The notes: a model not told the origin generated them from the sequence alone. A DNA stretch of 64,000 bases from Spirochaetia bacterium (GCA_963677595.1 OY782041.1:2816001-2880000); one strand, 5' to 3'. Numbered from the stretch's first letter, positions 37,622 through 48,939 are shown. Program-made: numbers and translations.

Positions 37622-38745
37622 ACTCATCCCCCGTCAGCCGCTATGGCTTCATCAACGCGAAACTGCGGGCAAAGATCAGCTCGATCCTGCCCGACGAATT
37701 CCGGGACGGTCTCCTGCGGGCTCCGACCCTTGAGGACGTGTTCGCATTTCTGAACGAGAACGGGTTCTCCCGTCTTACGGAGGTCTATACGCGGACCGGG
37801 GACCTGCAATCAGTGGAGGCCGAGCTCTTCATCGGGCAGATCGAGCAGTACCGCGAAGTGGTCCGCAATACCGAAGGGTCCGTCCGGGACTTTAGCTCAG
37901 CCCTGACGGTGAAACTTGAGATCGAGAACCTCAAGAACCTGCTGCGGCTCTGGTACGGCAGCCGTATCAAGAAGCGGCCGATGGACCATCGCGTGGGCTA
38001 TATCTACAAGGAGAGGATCCTCCATGCCATCCCCTGGGATGCCCTGATCAATGCCGCCTCCCTTTCTGATATCGCGGAGGCTCTGGGAGACAGTCCCTAT
38101 CAGGCGGTCGTACAGCCGTATGTCGGGACTCCTGTGGAACAGGAAGGGATCTTCTTCCTTGAGACCTCCCTCGACCGGTTCTACTACCGCTTCCTCCTCG
38201 ATGAGGCCGCGAAGCTCCCGACGGCTGACCGCCGCACCGTGAAGAAGATCCTGACTGCCGAGATCGACCTGCAGAACCTGAGCTGGATCATCCGGTTCAG
38301 CCGGTTCTATGCCCTGACCCCGGAGGAGCTCACAGCCATCCTCCTGCCGGGAGGGTATCCCTTCAGCCGGGAAGAGATAGCCTCCATCCTCGCACGGGAG
38401 GGAGAACGGCCCGGGCAGGGTCCGGGGCCGGGGATCCCCCGTGAGGAGGGGAGCCATATCACACGGGCTGCCGGGCTCCTCTCCCGCCGCTACCCTGCAC
38501 TGCAGGCAGTGGCCGGTGGGGAGCGGGGAGGAAGTGCATCTGCCCGGGCGGCGATGTTCGAGCAGCTCCTCGACCAGGTACGGAGGAAGGAGTTCGTGAA
38601 GATCATCACCGGCTATCCTTTTACCATAGGGATCGTCCTGGTGTACTTCTTCCTCAGGAGCCGGGAGAGCCGGTTCCTGACTACTGTCTTCAATGGTAAA
38701 TTCTACGGTTGGGAGGGCAGCCGGATGAGGGAGTTCGCAGAATGA
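37618..38745 (+). CDS. ntpC: V/A-ATPase subunit C/d
   Basis: YGFINAKLRA and EIDLQNLSWIIR. Confidence 0.85.
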   Translation: MNSSPVSRYGFINAKLRAKISSILPDEFRDGLLRAPTLEDVFAFLNENGFSRLTEVYTRTGDLQSVEAELFIGQIEQYREVVRNTEGSVRDFSSALTVKLEIENLKNLLRLWYGSRIKKRPMDHRVGYIYKERILHAIPWDALINAASLSDIAEALGDSPYQAVVQPYVGTPVEQEGIFFLETSLDRFYYRFLLDEAAKLPTADRRTVKKILTAEIDLQNLSWIIRFSRFYALTPEELTAILLPGGYPFSREEIASILAREGERPGQGPGPGIPREEGSHITRAAGLLSRRYPALQAVAGGERGGSASARAAMFEQLLDQVRRKEFVKIITGYPFTIGIVLVYFFLRSRESRFLTTVFNGKFYGWEGSRMREFAE

Positions 38746-40718
38746 GAATGTTCACTTCGAAGATGAGAATGCTGACTGCCGTGGTCCTCGAGGAAGATGC
38801 GGACCGGGTCACCCGTGAACTGCTGAAGCAGGGGGTGCTCGATTTCGTACAGATCAGCAGCCTCTCCGATGTCGATACCGAGTATATAAGGCCGCATCAG
38901 GCTGACGGACTGAGGAACCGGCTCTCCGAGCTGCGCCGTCGTATCGAGGGCTACTACCAGCAGGGCGGCCTGCCCCTGCCGGTGACGGATCGACTCGATG
39001 TCTCACAGCTCAAACACGCTACGATGGAGTCGTATGAGCGGGAGCTCTCCCGTATGGATGAGAAGATCCATGAGATCAGGGAGCGACAGCGGAGGACGAA
39101 CCAGGAGATCCTGAAACTGCAGGAGCTCGAACGCTACCTCGGCGGCTCGTCCCAGAAGGGCGGCGGTGAGTTCCTGGCTGTCTATACCGGTGAGGTCGGC
39201 CGGGGGACCCTGGCCGATCTCGAGAGGCGTATGGAGGGGATGCCCTGCTTCCTGACCGAGACCGGAGACGGGACTGCAGTACTGGTGACCCTGAAGCGGG
39301 ACCAGGGGACCGTTGCGGAACTCCTGGAGAAGTTCCAGTGGGTCGAGCACCAGGGGAAGGTCAACGGGAGCGGTGCTGCTGATCTCCTGAAGGAACTCGG
39401 GCAGAAGATCGCAAGCCTGAAGGACCTCCAGCACTCCGGCAGCGATGACATGAGACGGGAGGTCTCAGGGCAGAAGGATGCCCTCGATGCCCTCTGGGCC
39501 AACCTGCGGATGCATGAGCTCTATACCGTGATACAGGAGTACTTCTCCCATACCCAGCGGACCACGCTCTTCTCTGGATGGATCCCGGCCTCTGCGGCTG
39601 GTTCCCTGGAGACGGGCATTCGCACTGCTGCCAACTCACGCTGCGTGGTGGAGTTCTCGGAAGCGGAGGAGTTCCCCCGGGAGAAGGTCCCGGTCCAGGT
39701 GGAGACGCCGAAGGTCATGGAACCCTTCAGGATGCTCGTCGATAACTATGCCACCCCTGAATACGGCTCGGTGAACCCGACCCCCTTCGTGGCTGCAGCC
39801 TACCTGATCATGTTCGGCCTGATGTTCGGTGATGCAGGGCAGGGGCTGGTGATCGCCCTTATCGGCCTGCTCGGCAGGCGGTTCTGGAAAGGCGCGAGCG
39901 CGGGTGTGCGTAAGCTCCTGCAGCTCTTCATCTACTGCGGGGCGGCCTCGGTCGTGACCGGGGTGCTCTTCGGCTCCTACTTCGGCTTCCAGCTATTCCC
40001 CCCGCTCTGGTTCGACTATCATGGGATCATCCTCGGGCATGAGGGCGGGGGCATGATCACCGATGTCTATGACATCCTGAGGATCACCATCATCTTCGGC
40101 ATCAGCGTCATCGCCCTAGGGCTTGTCCTGAACTGGGTCAACCTGATCCGCAAGAGGCAGTGGTTCCTGCTCCTGCTCGACAAGGCAGGGCTGCTTGGCG
40201 GCTGGTTCTATGGCTGCGGCGTCTATACCGCCTTCTATTTCGTGGGGCATGCCTACAAGAGCCTGCCCCCGGGACTGTTCATCCCCCTTGCCTTCGGCAT
40301 CCCCGTGGTACTGCTGCTCTTCAAGGGGCCGCTGCACCACTACCTGCAGCACGGGAAGCAGGGAGGTTTCTCCCTCTTCACCCTGATCGACTTCTTCATG
40401 GAGTGGGTCGTGGAGCTGCTGGAGATCTTCTCCGGCTACCTTGCAAACACCCTCTCATTCATGCGGGTCGCGGGACTCGGGATCGCCCATGTGAGCCTCA
40501 TGGCAGCGTTCGCATCCATCGCCGCCATGACAGGGAATGACGGCAGGACGATCGGCGGGATCATCATCCTCATACTGGGGAATGTCCTGGTCATCGCACT
40601 TGAGGGTCTCTCTGCCGGGATACAGGCGCTGAGGCTCAATTACTATGAGTTCTTTTCCAAGTACTTCACCGGTGTCGGGGTGGCTTACAACCCCGTATCG
40701 CTGAGGCCGAAGGAATAG
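38742..40718 (+). CDS. ntpI: V/A-ATPase subunit I/a
   Basis: FGLMFGDAGQG, NTLSFMRV and QALRLNYYEFF. Confidence 0.93.
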   Translation: MRMFTSKMRMLTAVVLEEDADRVTRELLKQGVLDFVQISSLSDVDTEYIRPHQADGLRNRLSELRRRIEGYYQQGGLPLPVTDRLDVSQLKHATMESYERELSRMDEKIHEIRERQRRTNQEILKLQELERYLGGSSQKGGGEFLAVYTGEVGRGTLADLERRMEGMPCFLTETGDGTAVLVTLKRDQGTVAELLEKFQWVEHQGKVNGSGAADLLKELGQKIASLKDLQHSGSDDMRREVSGQKDALDALWANLRMHELYTVIQEYFSHTQRTTLFSGWIPASAAGSLETGIRTAANSRCVVEFSEAEEFPREKVPVQVETPKVMEPFRMLVDNYATPEYGSVNPTPFVAAAYLIMFGLMFGDAGQGLVIALIGLLGRRFWKGASAGVRKLLQLFIYCGAASVVTGVLFGSYFGFQLFPPLWFDYHGIILGHEGGGMITDVYDILRITIIFGISVIALGLVLNWVNLIRKRQWFLLLLDKAGLLGGWFYGCGVYTAFYFVGHAYKSLPPGLFIPLAFGIPVVLLLFKGPLHHYLQHGKQGGFSLFTLIDFFMEWVVELLEIFSGYLANTLSFMRVAGLGIAHVSLMAAFASIAAMTGNDGRTIGGIIILILGNVLVIALEGLSAGIQALRLNYYEFFSKYFTGVGVAYNPVSLRPKE

Positions 40719-40754
40719 AGATAGATAATCGTACACCATCAGGAGGATGAGTAT

Positions 40755-41111
40755 ATGACAGCAAGAATGTTTAGTCGAAGAGTCGTTATGAGCCTGGTCG
40801 TGACCCTGCTGCTGCTGGTGGTCATCGGCGGGGCATCTCCCTTGTTCGCTGCCTCGGCTGATACCACAACCACGGCAGTGACCACCGCTGCCAATGACAG
40901 CCTGAAATGGGGTCTCATCGCCGCGGCAGTAGCCTTCGGCCTGGGTGCCATCGGGGCGGGGATCGCCATCGCCAATGTCGGTGCGGCAGCCATGGGAGCC
41001 ATCGGAGAGAAGCCGGAGATCGCCTCCCAGGCACTGATCTTCATCGCGCTTGCGGAAGGTCTCGTGGTCTTCGGTTTCATCACGGCACTGATGATCCTCG
41101 GCAAGGTGTGA
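40755..41111 (+). CDS. ntpK: V/A-ATPase subunit K/c (single hairpin)
   Basis: Gly-rich hairpin, EKPE loop and ALAEG. Confidence 0.92.
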   Translation: MTARMFSRRVVMSLVVTLLLLVVIGGASPLFAASADTTTTAVTTAANDSLKWGLIAAAVAFGLGAIGAGIAIANVGAAAMGAIGEKPEIASQALIFIALAEGLVVFGFITALMILGKV

Positions 41112-41114
41112 GGC

Positions 41115-41423
41115 ATGACCTACTTCGTCATCGGTGATGAGGATACTGTGCTCGGCTTCGAGCTGGTCGGTATACCCGGTGCACGGGCTGCCGATCCTGA
41201 AGAGGCGCAGGCAGCATTCGGGAAGGCACTGGCTGCCGGTACGACCGGCATCATCGTCATCACCGAGACGGCGGCGGACATGATCCGCCCCCTCGTGGAC
41301 CGGTATCTCTTTACCGCCACATTCCCCCTGATCGTCGAGATCCCTGGTCCCGATGCCTCAGGGAAGAAGAAACGGGACCTGCGCGCCCTGGTGAACCAGG
41401 CGATCGGGATCAAATTGGGATGA
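41115..41423 (+). CDS. ntpF: V/A-ATPase subunit F
   Basis: VIGDEDTVLGFELVG and PLIVEIP. Confidence 0.92.
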   Translation: MTYFVIGDEDTVLGFELVGIPGARAADPEEAQAAFGKALAAGTTGIIVITETAADMIRPLVDRYLFTATFPLIVEIPGPDASGKKKRDLRALVNQAIGIKLG

Positions 41424-41430
41424 GTGTTTG

Positions 41431-42039
41431 ATGGAAGATAACAGACTGCTGACTGGAATAATCGAGGATGCACGGAACGAAGCAGAGAAGCTCCTGGCAC
41501 AGGCTGAGGAGCAGGTGAAGCAGCGTCTTCAGGCAGGGAAGGGCCGTATCGCCTCCCTCCAGGATGAGGACGAGCGCAAGATCGCGGCACACCGGGAGGC
41601 CGTCAGGCGGAGGAGTGATTCACTGATCTCCTCCCAGCGGCGCCGAATGGCACTGGAGCGGCGGGAAGTGCTCACCCGCAGGGTGCTCTCCCGGGCGGCA
41701 GAGCTGCTCCGGGAGGAGATGGACGGGCCTGGGTACCCGGAGTTCCTCTCCAGATGCATCGCAGAGGGGATCATCGGCGTGGACCGGGACGAGGTGGCAG
41801 TCAGCTGCTCTCACCGGGAGGAACTCACCCCGGGGATCCTCTCCGCGGCAGTCGAGCTGGTGCGTGAGGAGACCGGCAGGGAGGTCAGCGTGAAGGCATC
41901 AGGCATTGTGCTGGCAGACCAGGGTGTGGTCGTCTCATCAGCGGACGGGAGGGTCTCGTTCAACAACCAGGCAGCTGCCAGGTTCAGGCGGTACGACCAG
42001 GAGATCAAGGAGATCATCGCAAAGGCGGGACTAGTATGA
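41431..42039 (+). CDS. ntpE: V/A-ATPase subunit E
   Basis: N-terminal coil; GVVV..DGRVSFNN; operon position. Confidence 0.85.
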   Translation: MEDNRLLTGIIEDARNEAEKLLAQAEEQVKQRLQAGKGRIASLQDEDERKIAAHREAVRRRSDSLISSQRRRMALERREVLTRRVLSRAAELLREEMDGPGYPEFLSRCIAEGIIGVDRDEVAVSCSHREELTPGILSAAVELVREETGREVSVKASGIVLADQGVVVSSADGRVSFNNQAAARFRRYDQEIKEIIAKAGLV

Positions 42040-43817
42040 TAGGGCAGGAACTGAATACCGTGATCGGCACGATCAAGCGGGTGAACGGTCCGGTGATCGA
42101 AGTGAAGGGGATCACCGGGGCCATGATGATGGAACTCGTCAGGATCGGGGAAGGCCGGCTTGTCGGTGAGCTGATCAAACTGGAGGGCAGCCAGGCTGTC
42201 GTCCAGGTCTATGAGGATACCACCGGCATCGCCCCGGGAGACAACGTCTACGGGAGTGGTATGCCCCTTTCGGTGGAACTCGGCCCGGGACTGATCGGGA
42301 CCATCTATGACGGCATTCAGCGGCCGCTCGAGGAGCTGCTTGCCGCAAGCGGTGAGTTCATCGAGAAGGGGATCACCCGGCCGGGACTCAACCGTGAGAA
42401 GAAGTGGGCCTTCACCCCGACAGTCGATGCGGGAACAGAGGTCTCCGGAGGAGCGTTCCTCGGGACCGTCCAGGAGACCGAGCGGGTCGAGCATCGGATC
42501 ATGGTTCCCCCTGAGACCAGCGGGAAGGTCAGCTTCATCGCCGGGAAGGGAGAGTACACCGTCAACGACGTGATCGCCCGGATCGATGGGAGCAGGGGGG
42601 AGGTCCCCCTGACCATGATGCAGCGCTGGTCGATCAGGAAGCCGAGGCCGGTGAAGGAGCGCAAGCCCCTGCGCATCCCCCTGGTCACCGGACAGCGGGT
42701 GATCGATACGCTCTTTCCCCTCGCAAAGGGGGGGACGGTCGCCATACCAGGAGGGTTCGGCACCGGGAAGACCATGACCCAGCATGCCATCGCGAAGTGG
42801 TGCGATGCTGATATCATCGTCTATATCGGCTGCGGCGAGCGGGGCAACGAGATGACTGACGTCCTGCAGGAGTTTCCCCACCTCATCGACCCCCGTACCG
42901 GGGCATCGCTGATGGAGCGGACCATCCTCATCGCCAACACCTCCAATATGCCGGTCTCGGCAAGGGAGGCCTCCATCTACACCGGGGTCACCCTCGCGGA
43001 GTACTACCGCGACCAGGGTTATCATGTGGCGGTCATGGCCGATTCGACCAGCCGCTGGGCTGAGGCCCTGCGGGAGCTCTCCGGACGGATGGAGGAGATG
43101 CCGGCCGAGGAGGGGTTCCCGGCCTATCTCCCGACGAGAGTGGCCGAGTTCTACGAACGTGCCGGCTATATGCAGACCCTTGCCGGTGATGAGGGATCGG
43201 TGACGATCATCGGGGCGGTATCGCCCCCGGGCGGTGACTTCTCCGAACCGGTGACCCAGCATACCAAGCGGTTCGTCCGCTGTTTCTGGGGGCTTGACAG
43301 GCAGCTTGCCAATGCCAGGCACTACCCCGCGATCAGCTGGCTCGAATCCTACAGCGAGTACCTCGGCGACATCACTCCGTGGTGGACCGGTGAGGTCGGG
43401 GATGACTGGCCAGAGCTCCGCTCCGAGATGATGGAGCTGCTCCAGAAGGAGGTGCGGCTGCAGCAGGTGGTGAAGCTCGTCGGGCCGGATGCCCTGCCTG
43501 ACAGCCAGCGATTCATCATCGAGGTATGTACCCTCTTCAAGAACGCCTTCCTCCAGCAGAATGCCTTCGACGACATCGACCGGTATTCGACCAGCCAGAA
43601 ACAGGCGAGGATGCTCCAGATCATCATGACCTACTGGACCCGCGGGGCTGAAGCCATCAAGCGGGGGGCCACCGTGCTGAAGCTGAGACACCTCAAGGTG
43701 GTGCAGGATATCACGAAGATGAAGTTCAACATCTCGAACGATGACCTGAAGGGCCTCGATAAGCTGCAGGCACGTCTGGAGCGGTCCATGGACCAGCTGG
43801 GAGAGATCTATGAGTGA
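42036..43817 (+). CDS. ntpA: V/A-ATPase subunit A
   Basis: [17 protein letters not shown] and DSTSRWAEA; no intein. Confidence 0.97.
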   Translation: MIGQELNTVIGTIKRVNGPVIEVKGITGAMMMELVRIGEGRLVGELIKLEGSQAVVQVYEDTTGIAPGDNVYGSGMPLSVELGPGLIGTIYDGIQRPLEELLAASGEFIEKGITRPGLNREKKWAFTPTVDAGTEVSGGAFLGTVQETERVEHRIMVPPETSGKVSFIAGKGEYTVNDVIARIDGSRGEVPLTMMQRWSIRKPRPVKERKPLRIPLVTGQRVIDTLFPLAKGGTVAIPGGFGTGKTMTQHAIAKWCDADIIVYIGCGERGNEMTDVLQEFPHLIDPRTGASLMERTILIANTSNMPVSAREASIYTGVTLAEYYRDQGYHVAVMADSTSRWAEALRELSGRMEEMPAEEGFPAYLPTRVAEFYERAGYMQTLAGDEGSVTIIGAVSPPGGDFSEPVTQHTKRFVRCFWGLDRQLANARHYPAISWLESYSEYLGDITPWWTGEVGDDWPELRSEMMELLQKEVRLQQVVKLVGPDALPDSQRFIIEVCTLFKNAFLQQNAFDDIDRYSTSQKQARMLQIIMTYWTRGAEAIKRGATVLKLRHLKVVQDITKMKFNISNDDLKGLDKLQARLERSMDQLGEIYE

Positions 43818-45234
43818 ACAGAGACCCATGGGGAGTTTGGAGAAGAAGCTGCTGTCCGGCAGGGAGTATGTCGGGCTGAACAAGATCGAGGGCCCGCTCA
43901 TCTTCGTGCGGAACACCCACCCGGTGGGCTATCGCGAACTGGTGGAGTGCGAGGACCGGGACGGTCGTCTCCGGATGGGGATGGTGCTCGACACCTCGGA
44001 CGACACGGTCGTGGTGCAGATCTTCGACGGGACCTCGGGGCTCACCATGCCGGAGACGAAGACCCGGTTCATGGGCGAGCCGCTGACCCTCGGGGTATCG
44101 GAAGCGATGCTCGGGCGGGTCTTCAACGGGCTGGGCAAGCCGATCGACGGTGGGGGCGATGTCCCTTCAGAGGAGCGGATGGACGTGAACGGCCGTCCCA
44201 TCAACCCCACCGCACGGGAATACCCGCGGGATTTCATCCAGACCGGCATCTCGATCATCGACGGCATGACTACCCTGATCAGGGGCCAGAAGCTCCCGAT
44301 CTTCTCCGGGAACGGGCTGCCGCATAACGAGCTGGCTGCTCAGATCGCCCGGCAGGCGAAGATCAAGGGAGCCGGGGAGGATGGGGGCGACTTCTGCGTC
44401 GTCTTCGCGGCAATGGGCGTCAAGCATGACGTGGCCCGCTTCTTCATCGACAGCTTCGAGGAGACCGGGGTGCTGAATAACGTGGCGCTCTTCCTCTCCC
44501 TTGCTGATGATCCCTCCATCGAGAGGATCATCACGCCCCGTACCGCCTTGACGCTGGCGGAACACCTTGCCTTCAACAAGGGCAAGCACGTGCTGGTGAT
44601 CCTGACCGACCTGACCAACTACTGCGAGTCCCTTCGCGAGATCAGTACCCTCAGGGGGGAGATCCCCAGCAGGAAGGGGTACCCGGGCTACCTCTACTCA
44701 GACTTAGCCGAGCTCTATGAGCGCTCGGGCATGCTCAAGGGGTTCAAGGGCTCGATCACGCAGCTCCCGATCCTTACCATGCCAAATGATGACATCAGCC
44801 ACCCGATCCCCGACCTGACCGGGTATATCACGGAGGGGCAGATCGTCTTCGAACGGGAGATGTACGGGCGCGGGATCTATCCCCCTGTCGCGGGACTCCC
44901 CAGCCTGAGCCGCCTCATGAAGGACGGCATCGGGGAGGGCATGACCCGGGAGGATCATCCGCACCTGTCCAACCAGCTCTTTGCCTGCTACAGCTATGTG
45001 AAGGATGTGCGGAACCTGGCATCTGTCATCGGCGAGGAGGAGCTCACCCCCCTCGACCACCAGTACCTGGAGTTCGGGGAGTTCTTCGAACGGAACTTCG
45101 TCACCCAGGGATCGCATGACGACAGGACCATCGAGGAGACCCTGGACCTTGGCTGGAAAGCCCTCAGCCTGCTGCCGCAGGAGGAGCTCCACCGGGTGAC
45201 CGAGGACGAACTCGATGAGTACTACGGAAGGTAG
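43810..45234 (+). CDS. ntpB: V/A-ATPase subunit B
   Basis: [16 protein letters not shown] and [14 protein letters not shown]. Confidence 0.97.
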   Translation: MSEQRPMGSLEKKLLSGREYVGLNKIEGPLIFVRNTHPVGYRELVECEDRDGRLRMGMVLDTSDDTVVVQIFDGTSGLTMPETKTRFMGEPLTLGVSEAMLGRVFNGLGKPIDGGGDVPSEERMDVNGRPINPTAREYPRDFIQTGISIIDGMTTLIRGQKLPIFSGNGLPHNELAAQIARQAKIKGAGEDGGDFCVVFAAMGVKHDVARFFIDSFEETGVLNNVALFLSLADDPSIERIITPRTALTLAEHLAFNKGKHVLVILTDLTNYCESLREISTLRGEIPSRKGYPGYLYSDLAELYERSGMLKGFKGSITQLPILTMPNDDISHPIPDLTGYITEGQIVFEREMYGRGIYPPVAGLPSLSRLMKDGIGEGMTREDHPHLSNQLFACYSYVKDVRNLASVIGEEELTPLDHQYLEFGEFFERNFVTQGSHDDRTIEETLDLGWKALSLLPQEELHRVTEDELDEYYGR

Positions 45235-45240
45235 GGACCG

Positions 45241-45888
45241 ATGCGGAAGAACGTAGCGCCGACCAGGTCGAACCTCCTGAAGCTCAAGGATGAGCTGAAG
45301 TTCGCGAAGCTCGGGTATGAGCTCCTCGACCAGAAGCGGAACATCCTGATCATCGAGCTGCTGACCCTCGTCGACCAGGCAGTGGACTACCAGAGCCGGG
45401 TGGAGGAGACCCTCGCAGGAGCCTACGGCAGCCTCCAGGGTGCCGTCATGGCGATGGGGAAGCTCAAGGTGGGGAACCTCTCAGGGGCGGTTAACATCGA
45501 CACGTCCATCGTCCTGAAGGAACGGCGCGTCATGGGCGTCAGGCTGCCGAAGGTAGAGACTGCCTTCGAGGAGCGTGGTCCCTACTTCAGCCCCCTCGAT
45601 ACCAGCTTCCAGGTGGAGGATGCACTCGAGAACTTCAAGGAGGCGCTGAAGATGATGGGACGCCTTGCGGAACTGAAGGTCTCCATCATGCGACTGGCCC
45701 AGGAGGCGAAGAAGACCATCAGGAAGGTGAACGCCCTGGAGAAGATCGCCATCCCGGACCTGGAAGAGACCCTTACCTACACGACCGGGCGTCTTGAGGA
45801 GGCTGAACGGGAGAGTTTCCTGCTGATGAAACAGGTGAAGAATCGTCTTGATAAGAAGAAGGAGAGAGTTCATGAACAGTCCTTTTAA
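45241..45888 (+). CDS. ntpD: V/A-ATPase subunit D
   Basis: PTRSNLL, GYELLDQKR and KVNALE. Confidence 0.95.
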   Translation: MRKNVAPTRSNLLKLKDELKFAKLGYELLDQKRNILIIELLTLVDQAVDYQSRVEETLAGAYGSLQGAVMAMGKLKVGNLSGAVNIDTSIVLKERRVMGVRLPKVETAFEERGPYFSPLDTSFQVEDALENFKEALKMMGRLAELKVSIMRLAQEAKKTIRKVNALEKIAIPDLEETLTYTTGRLEEAERESFLLMKQVKNRLDKKKERVHEQSF

Positions 45889-46357
45889 GAAGATCATCGT
45901 CTATGTGGACGGCTCGGAGGCTTCCATCACTGCCGCCATGTATGCGATAGTACTTGCGAAAACCACGGGGGCATCCCTGACGGCTCTCTATGTCGTCAAC
46001 ACGAGGGCCCTGCAGGACCTGGTCGCTGCCAGGATCTTCCTGGAGATCGAGCAGGATGAGTACAAGCAGGATATGGAGGCAGATGCCTTCCGGTACCTGA
46101 ACCATGTGAGGAAGCTCGCCGAGAAGAAGGGACTTGCGATCGAGACGGTCACGGCGAGCGGGAGCATCAACCGGGAGATAAAGACGCAGGTCAGGGACCT
46201 GGATGCGGACCTCCTGGTGATAGGCGGGATCTCCCAGATCCGGAGCCGGCGGGACGAGATCATCAACGAGACGGAACGGGCTATGCGCTCAGTCCCCTGC
46301 TCAGTGCTGATCGTTCGGGATGATGATAGAACATGGGATCTCTATGAGGCCCTGTAA
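45872..46357 (+). CDS. Universal stress protein
   Basis: KKIIVYVDGS, ADLLVIG and PCSVLIVR; start lies inside the end of ntpD. Confidence 0.88.
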   Translation: MNSPFKKIIVYVDGSEASITAAMYAIVLAKTTGASLTALYVVNTRALQDLVAARIFLEIEQDEYKQDMEADAFRYLNHVRKLAEKKGLAIETVTASGSINREIKTQVRDLDADLLVIGGISQIRSRRDEIINETERAMRSVPCSVLIVRDDDRTWDLYEAL

Positions 46358-46372
46358 GCAGAGGATGATACT

Positions 46373-46822
46373 ATGGCATTGATAGACCTGATCCGTAAAG
46401 AACATATTGCAGTACCGATGAGAGCCTCGACCAAAGCGGCTGTATTGGAAGAGCTGGTGGACACGCTCATAACGGCGGGGTCCCTGTCCGACCGGGACGG
46501 GGTGCTCTCAGCCCTGAGGCAGCGGGAAGCCCTGTGCAGTACCGGCTTGGAGAACGGCATCGCCATCCCCCACGCCAAGACCGATGCGGTGGACTCCCTC
46601 GTCCTGGCATTGGGCATCAGCCCCGGAGGGATCGATTACGAGGCGCTGGACGGGAAGCCGTCCACCATCTTCTTCTGCATCCTCGCTCCGCCGAACCAGG
46701 CGGGCGCCCACATCGAGGCGCTCTCTGAGATCGCACGGGCGACGAAGTCCGCAGCCTTCCTGAGGCTCCTCCTCGCTGCCGAGAATGCTGATGAGGTGAT
46801 CGAGCTGTTCCACGAGGACTAG
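46373..46822 (+). CDS. PTS IIA (Fru/Ntr-type) domain protein
   Basis: REALCSTGLENGIAIPHAK with the phospho-His. Confidence 0.9.
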   Translation: MALIDLIRKEHIAVPMRASTKAAVLEELVDTLITAGSLSDRDGVLSALRQREALCSTGLENGIAIPHAKTDAVDSLVLALGISPGGIDYEALDGKPSTIFFCILAPPNQAGAHIEALSEIARATKSAAFLRLLLAAENADEVIELFHED

Positions 46823-46835
46823 GTAGTCCTCCTCG

Positions 46836-47453
46836 CTACACTACCGTTACCTCGAGCACGGTCTCGCCCTCGAGCTTGGCGACGAGCACATCACCCCTGC
46901 CCACCGGGCCGACCCCCTCGGGAGTTCCCGTCATGAGGATGTCCCCCTCATTGAGCGAGACGTAGCGGGAGACATGGGAGATCAGCCTGGCGACGGGGAA
47001 GATCATGTCTGCCGTGTTGCCGGCCTGTCGGGTCTCCCCGTTGATCTCGAGGGTGAAGCTGATCCCCTGTACAGGCTTACCCAGCTCCCCAAGCTTCTTC
47101 CATACCCCTGTGGGGGCAGACTCCTCGAAGGCCTTGCAGATCTCCCAGGGAAAGCCGAGCTGCTGCTGGCGCCGCTGCAGGTCCCGGGCGGTGAAGTCTA
47201 TGCCGAGGGTCACCTCAGAGTAGTAGTCCCCTGCTTCCTCGACGGGGATGTTCCTCCCGTCGAGGTCGATGCGTACTGCCAGCTCCACCTCGAAGTGGAG
47301 GTCTTCGGAGAAGTCGGGGAGGGGGAATACCCCCGGGACTTTCGGGATGGCGTTCTCCGTCTTGAAGAAGTACATCGGTTCCTCAGGGACCTTCCCGTTC
47401 CCCAATTCCTTCACATGGTTGTAGTAGTTCTTGCCGATACAGATATATTTCAT
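46836..47453 (-). CDS. Fumarylacetoacetate hydrolase family protein
   Basis: CIGKNY, FEVEL, DFTARDLQ and TGTPEGVG. Confidence 0.92.
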   Translation of the reverse strand: MKYICIGKNYYNHVKELGNGKVPEEPMYFFKTENAIPKVPGVFPLPDFSEDLHFEVELAVRIDLDGRNIPVEEAGDYYSEVTLGIDFTARDLQRRQQQLGFPWEICKAFEESAPTGVWKKLGELGKPVQGISFTLEINGETRQAGNTADMIFPVARLISHVSRYVSLNEGDILMTGTPEGVGPVGRGDVLVAKLEGETVLEVTVV

Positions 47454-47541
47454 ACCCTCTCTCGCTCCTTGTCTGTTGTTCCCATAATCATATCGCAGGA
47501 ATGGATGAACTGCTACGGGGAAATGTGCTGTTCAGGGGTAT

Positions 47542-48939
47542 TCAGTCTCCTGCGGAGGATCTGAGTATCGCGGATAGCTCCCGGTGGTAGGGGACATAGA
47601 GTGTGACCGCGACGGTGAACGAGAGGAGTATCCCTGCTGACATGGAGCCCATGAGCCCAGGCACCCCGAAGATGGAGGAGAGTCCCCAGATGCACAGGAG
47701 TGTGAGCAGCTGCCGTGCAGCGGTGAGCGTGATCGCGGGTCGCGGCCGCCCGAGGGCCTGGAAAAGGACGAGGGTGACGAAGAAGAACCCCGATACCGGC
47801 CAGGACGCCGCGAGGAACCGGATGCCGGTCACGGCGGGCCCGATGACTGCCTGGTCTGATGAGAACCAGCGGGCTAACTGTTCGGGGAAGATGAGCGATA
47901 TCCCCGACAATACGATCCCGAACAGTCCCGTCACGAGGAAGGCGAAGGTTATTGCCTGCCGTACCCGGGGATACTGCCGTGCCCCGTAGTTGTAGCCGAT
48001 GACTGGCTGCAGTCCCTGCCCGAACCCCATCATGATCGTGTAGCCGAGCATCGAGAGCCGGTTGATCACCCCCGCTGCCGCGACCAGGGAGTCCCCAGCC
48101 GCAGCCCCGCCGAGTCTCACTGCTGCCTGGTTGGTGAAGGCCATGGTGACGGTGACGAGCACCTGCTGGATGAATGCGGCGCCCCCCACAATGAGGATCT
48201 CACGGTACATGAGGGCATCCGGGGTGAACTGCCTGGGATGGAAGGGGACCAGGGTCTTTCTGCGGAAGTAGAAGCTGAAGAGGATCAACGTCCCCACTGC
48301 CTGCGAGATGACCGTGGCGAGTGCGGCTCCCATGACCCCGAGATCGAAGGTGAACATCAGGATCGGGTCGAGGATGATGTTGAGGACCGAGCTCAGCCCC
48401 ATGCCGAGGAGGCTGTGCACGGCACTCCCCTCTGCCCGCAGGAGGTTGTTCGCGCACATGGAGAGGATGGGGAAGACTGCCCCGATCGAGAGCACCCGTA
48501 TATAGAGGGTCGAGGGTTCGAGCAGCTGGTCGTTGGCCCCGAAGAGCACGGCGATCGTGCTTGAGAGGGGGGTGGTGACCAGGGTGGTGACCACCCCGAG
48601 GATGGCCCCGCTGACGAAGACAGTTGAGACGGCCTTCTCGGCCCGGTCCCGATTCCGCTCACCGAGCAGGCGTGACTGGTAGGAGGCACCGCCCATCCCG
48701 AACATGAGGCCGATGGCCGTGAGGATGATGAAGTAGGGGTACCCCACCGTTGCGGCCCCAAGTGCTTCGGTCCCGAGCATCCCCATGAAGATGGCATCGG
48801 CGAGGTTGTAGAGCGACATCACGACCATGGCCATGATGGCCGGTGCTGACATCCTCATGACGAGCTTCGGGATGGCTTCCTCCCGCAGGGCGACCTCTCT
48901 CCTGTCTGATGCTTCATGCGCCATGCTGTGTCCCTCCAT
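47542..48939 (-). CDS. MATE efflux transporter
   Basis: YNLADAIF, NIILDPIL and GYNYGA; alternative start 48924. Confidence 0.92.
   Translation of the reverse strand: MEGHSMAHEASDRREVALREEAIPKLVMRMSAPAIMAMVVMSLYNLADAIFMGMLGTEALGAATVGYPYFIILTAIGLMFGMGGASYQSRLLGERNRDRAEKAVSTVFVSGAILGVVTTLVTTPLSSTIAVLFGANDQLLEPSTLYIRVLSIGAVFPILSMCANNLLRAEGSAVHSLLGMGLSSVLNIILDPILMFTFDLGVMGAALATVISQAVGTLILFSFYFRRKTLVPFHPRQFTPDALMYREILIVGGAAFIQQVLVTVTMAFTNQAAVRLGGAAAGDSLVAAAGVINRLSMLGYTIMMGFGQGLQPVIGYNYGARQYPRVRQAITFAFLVTGLFGIVLSGISLIFPEQLARWFSSDQAVIGPAVTGIRFLAASWPVSGFFFVTLVLFQALGRPRPAITLTAARQLLTLLCIWGLSSIFGVPGLMGSMSAGILLSFTVAVTLYVPYHRELSAILRSSAGD

Noticed and set aside
38390-38460. Pro/Gly-rich insertion in ATPase subunit C
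   Set aside because: Short low-complexity loop with no intein or repeat features.
41811-43916. 701-aa antisense ORF (likewise 750-1781, 19001-20194, 24291-25880 and 51426-53078)
   Set aside because: These are shadow frames opposite well-supported genes, expected from strong GC3 bias, with no recognisable motifs.
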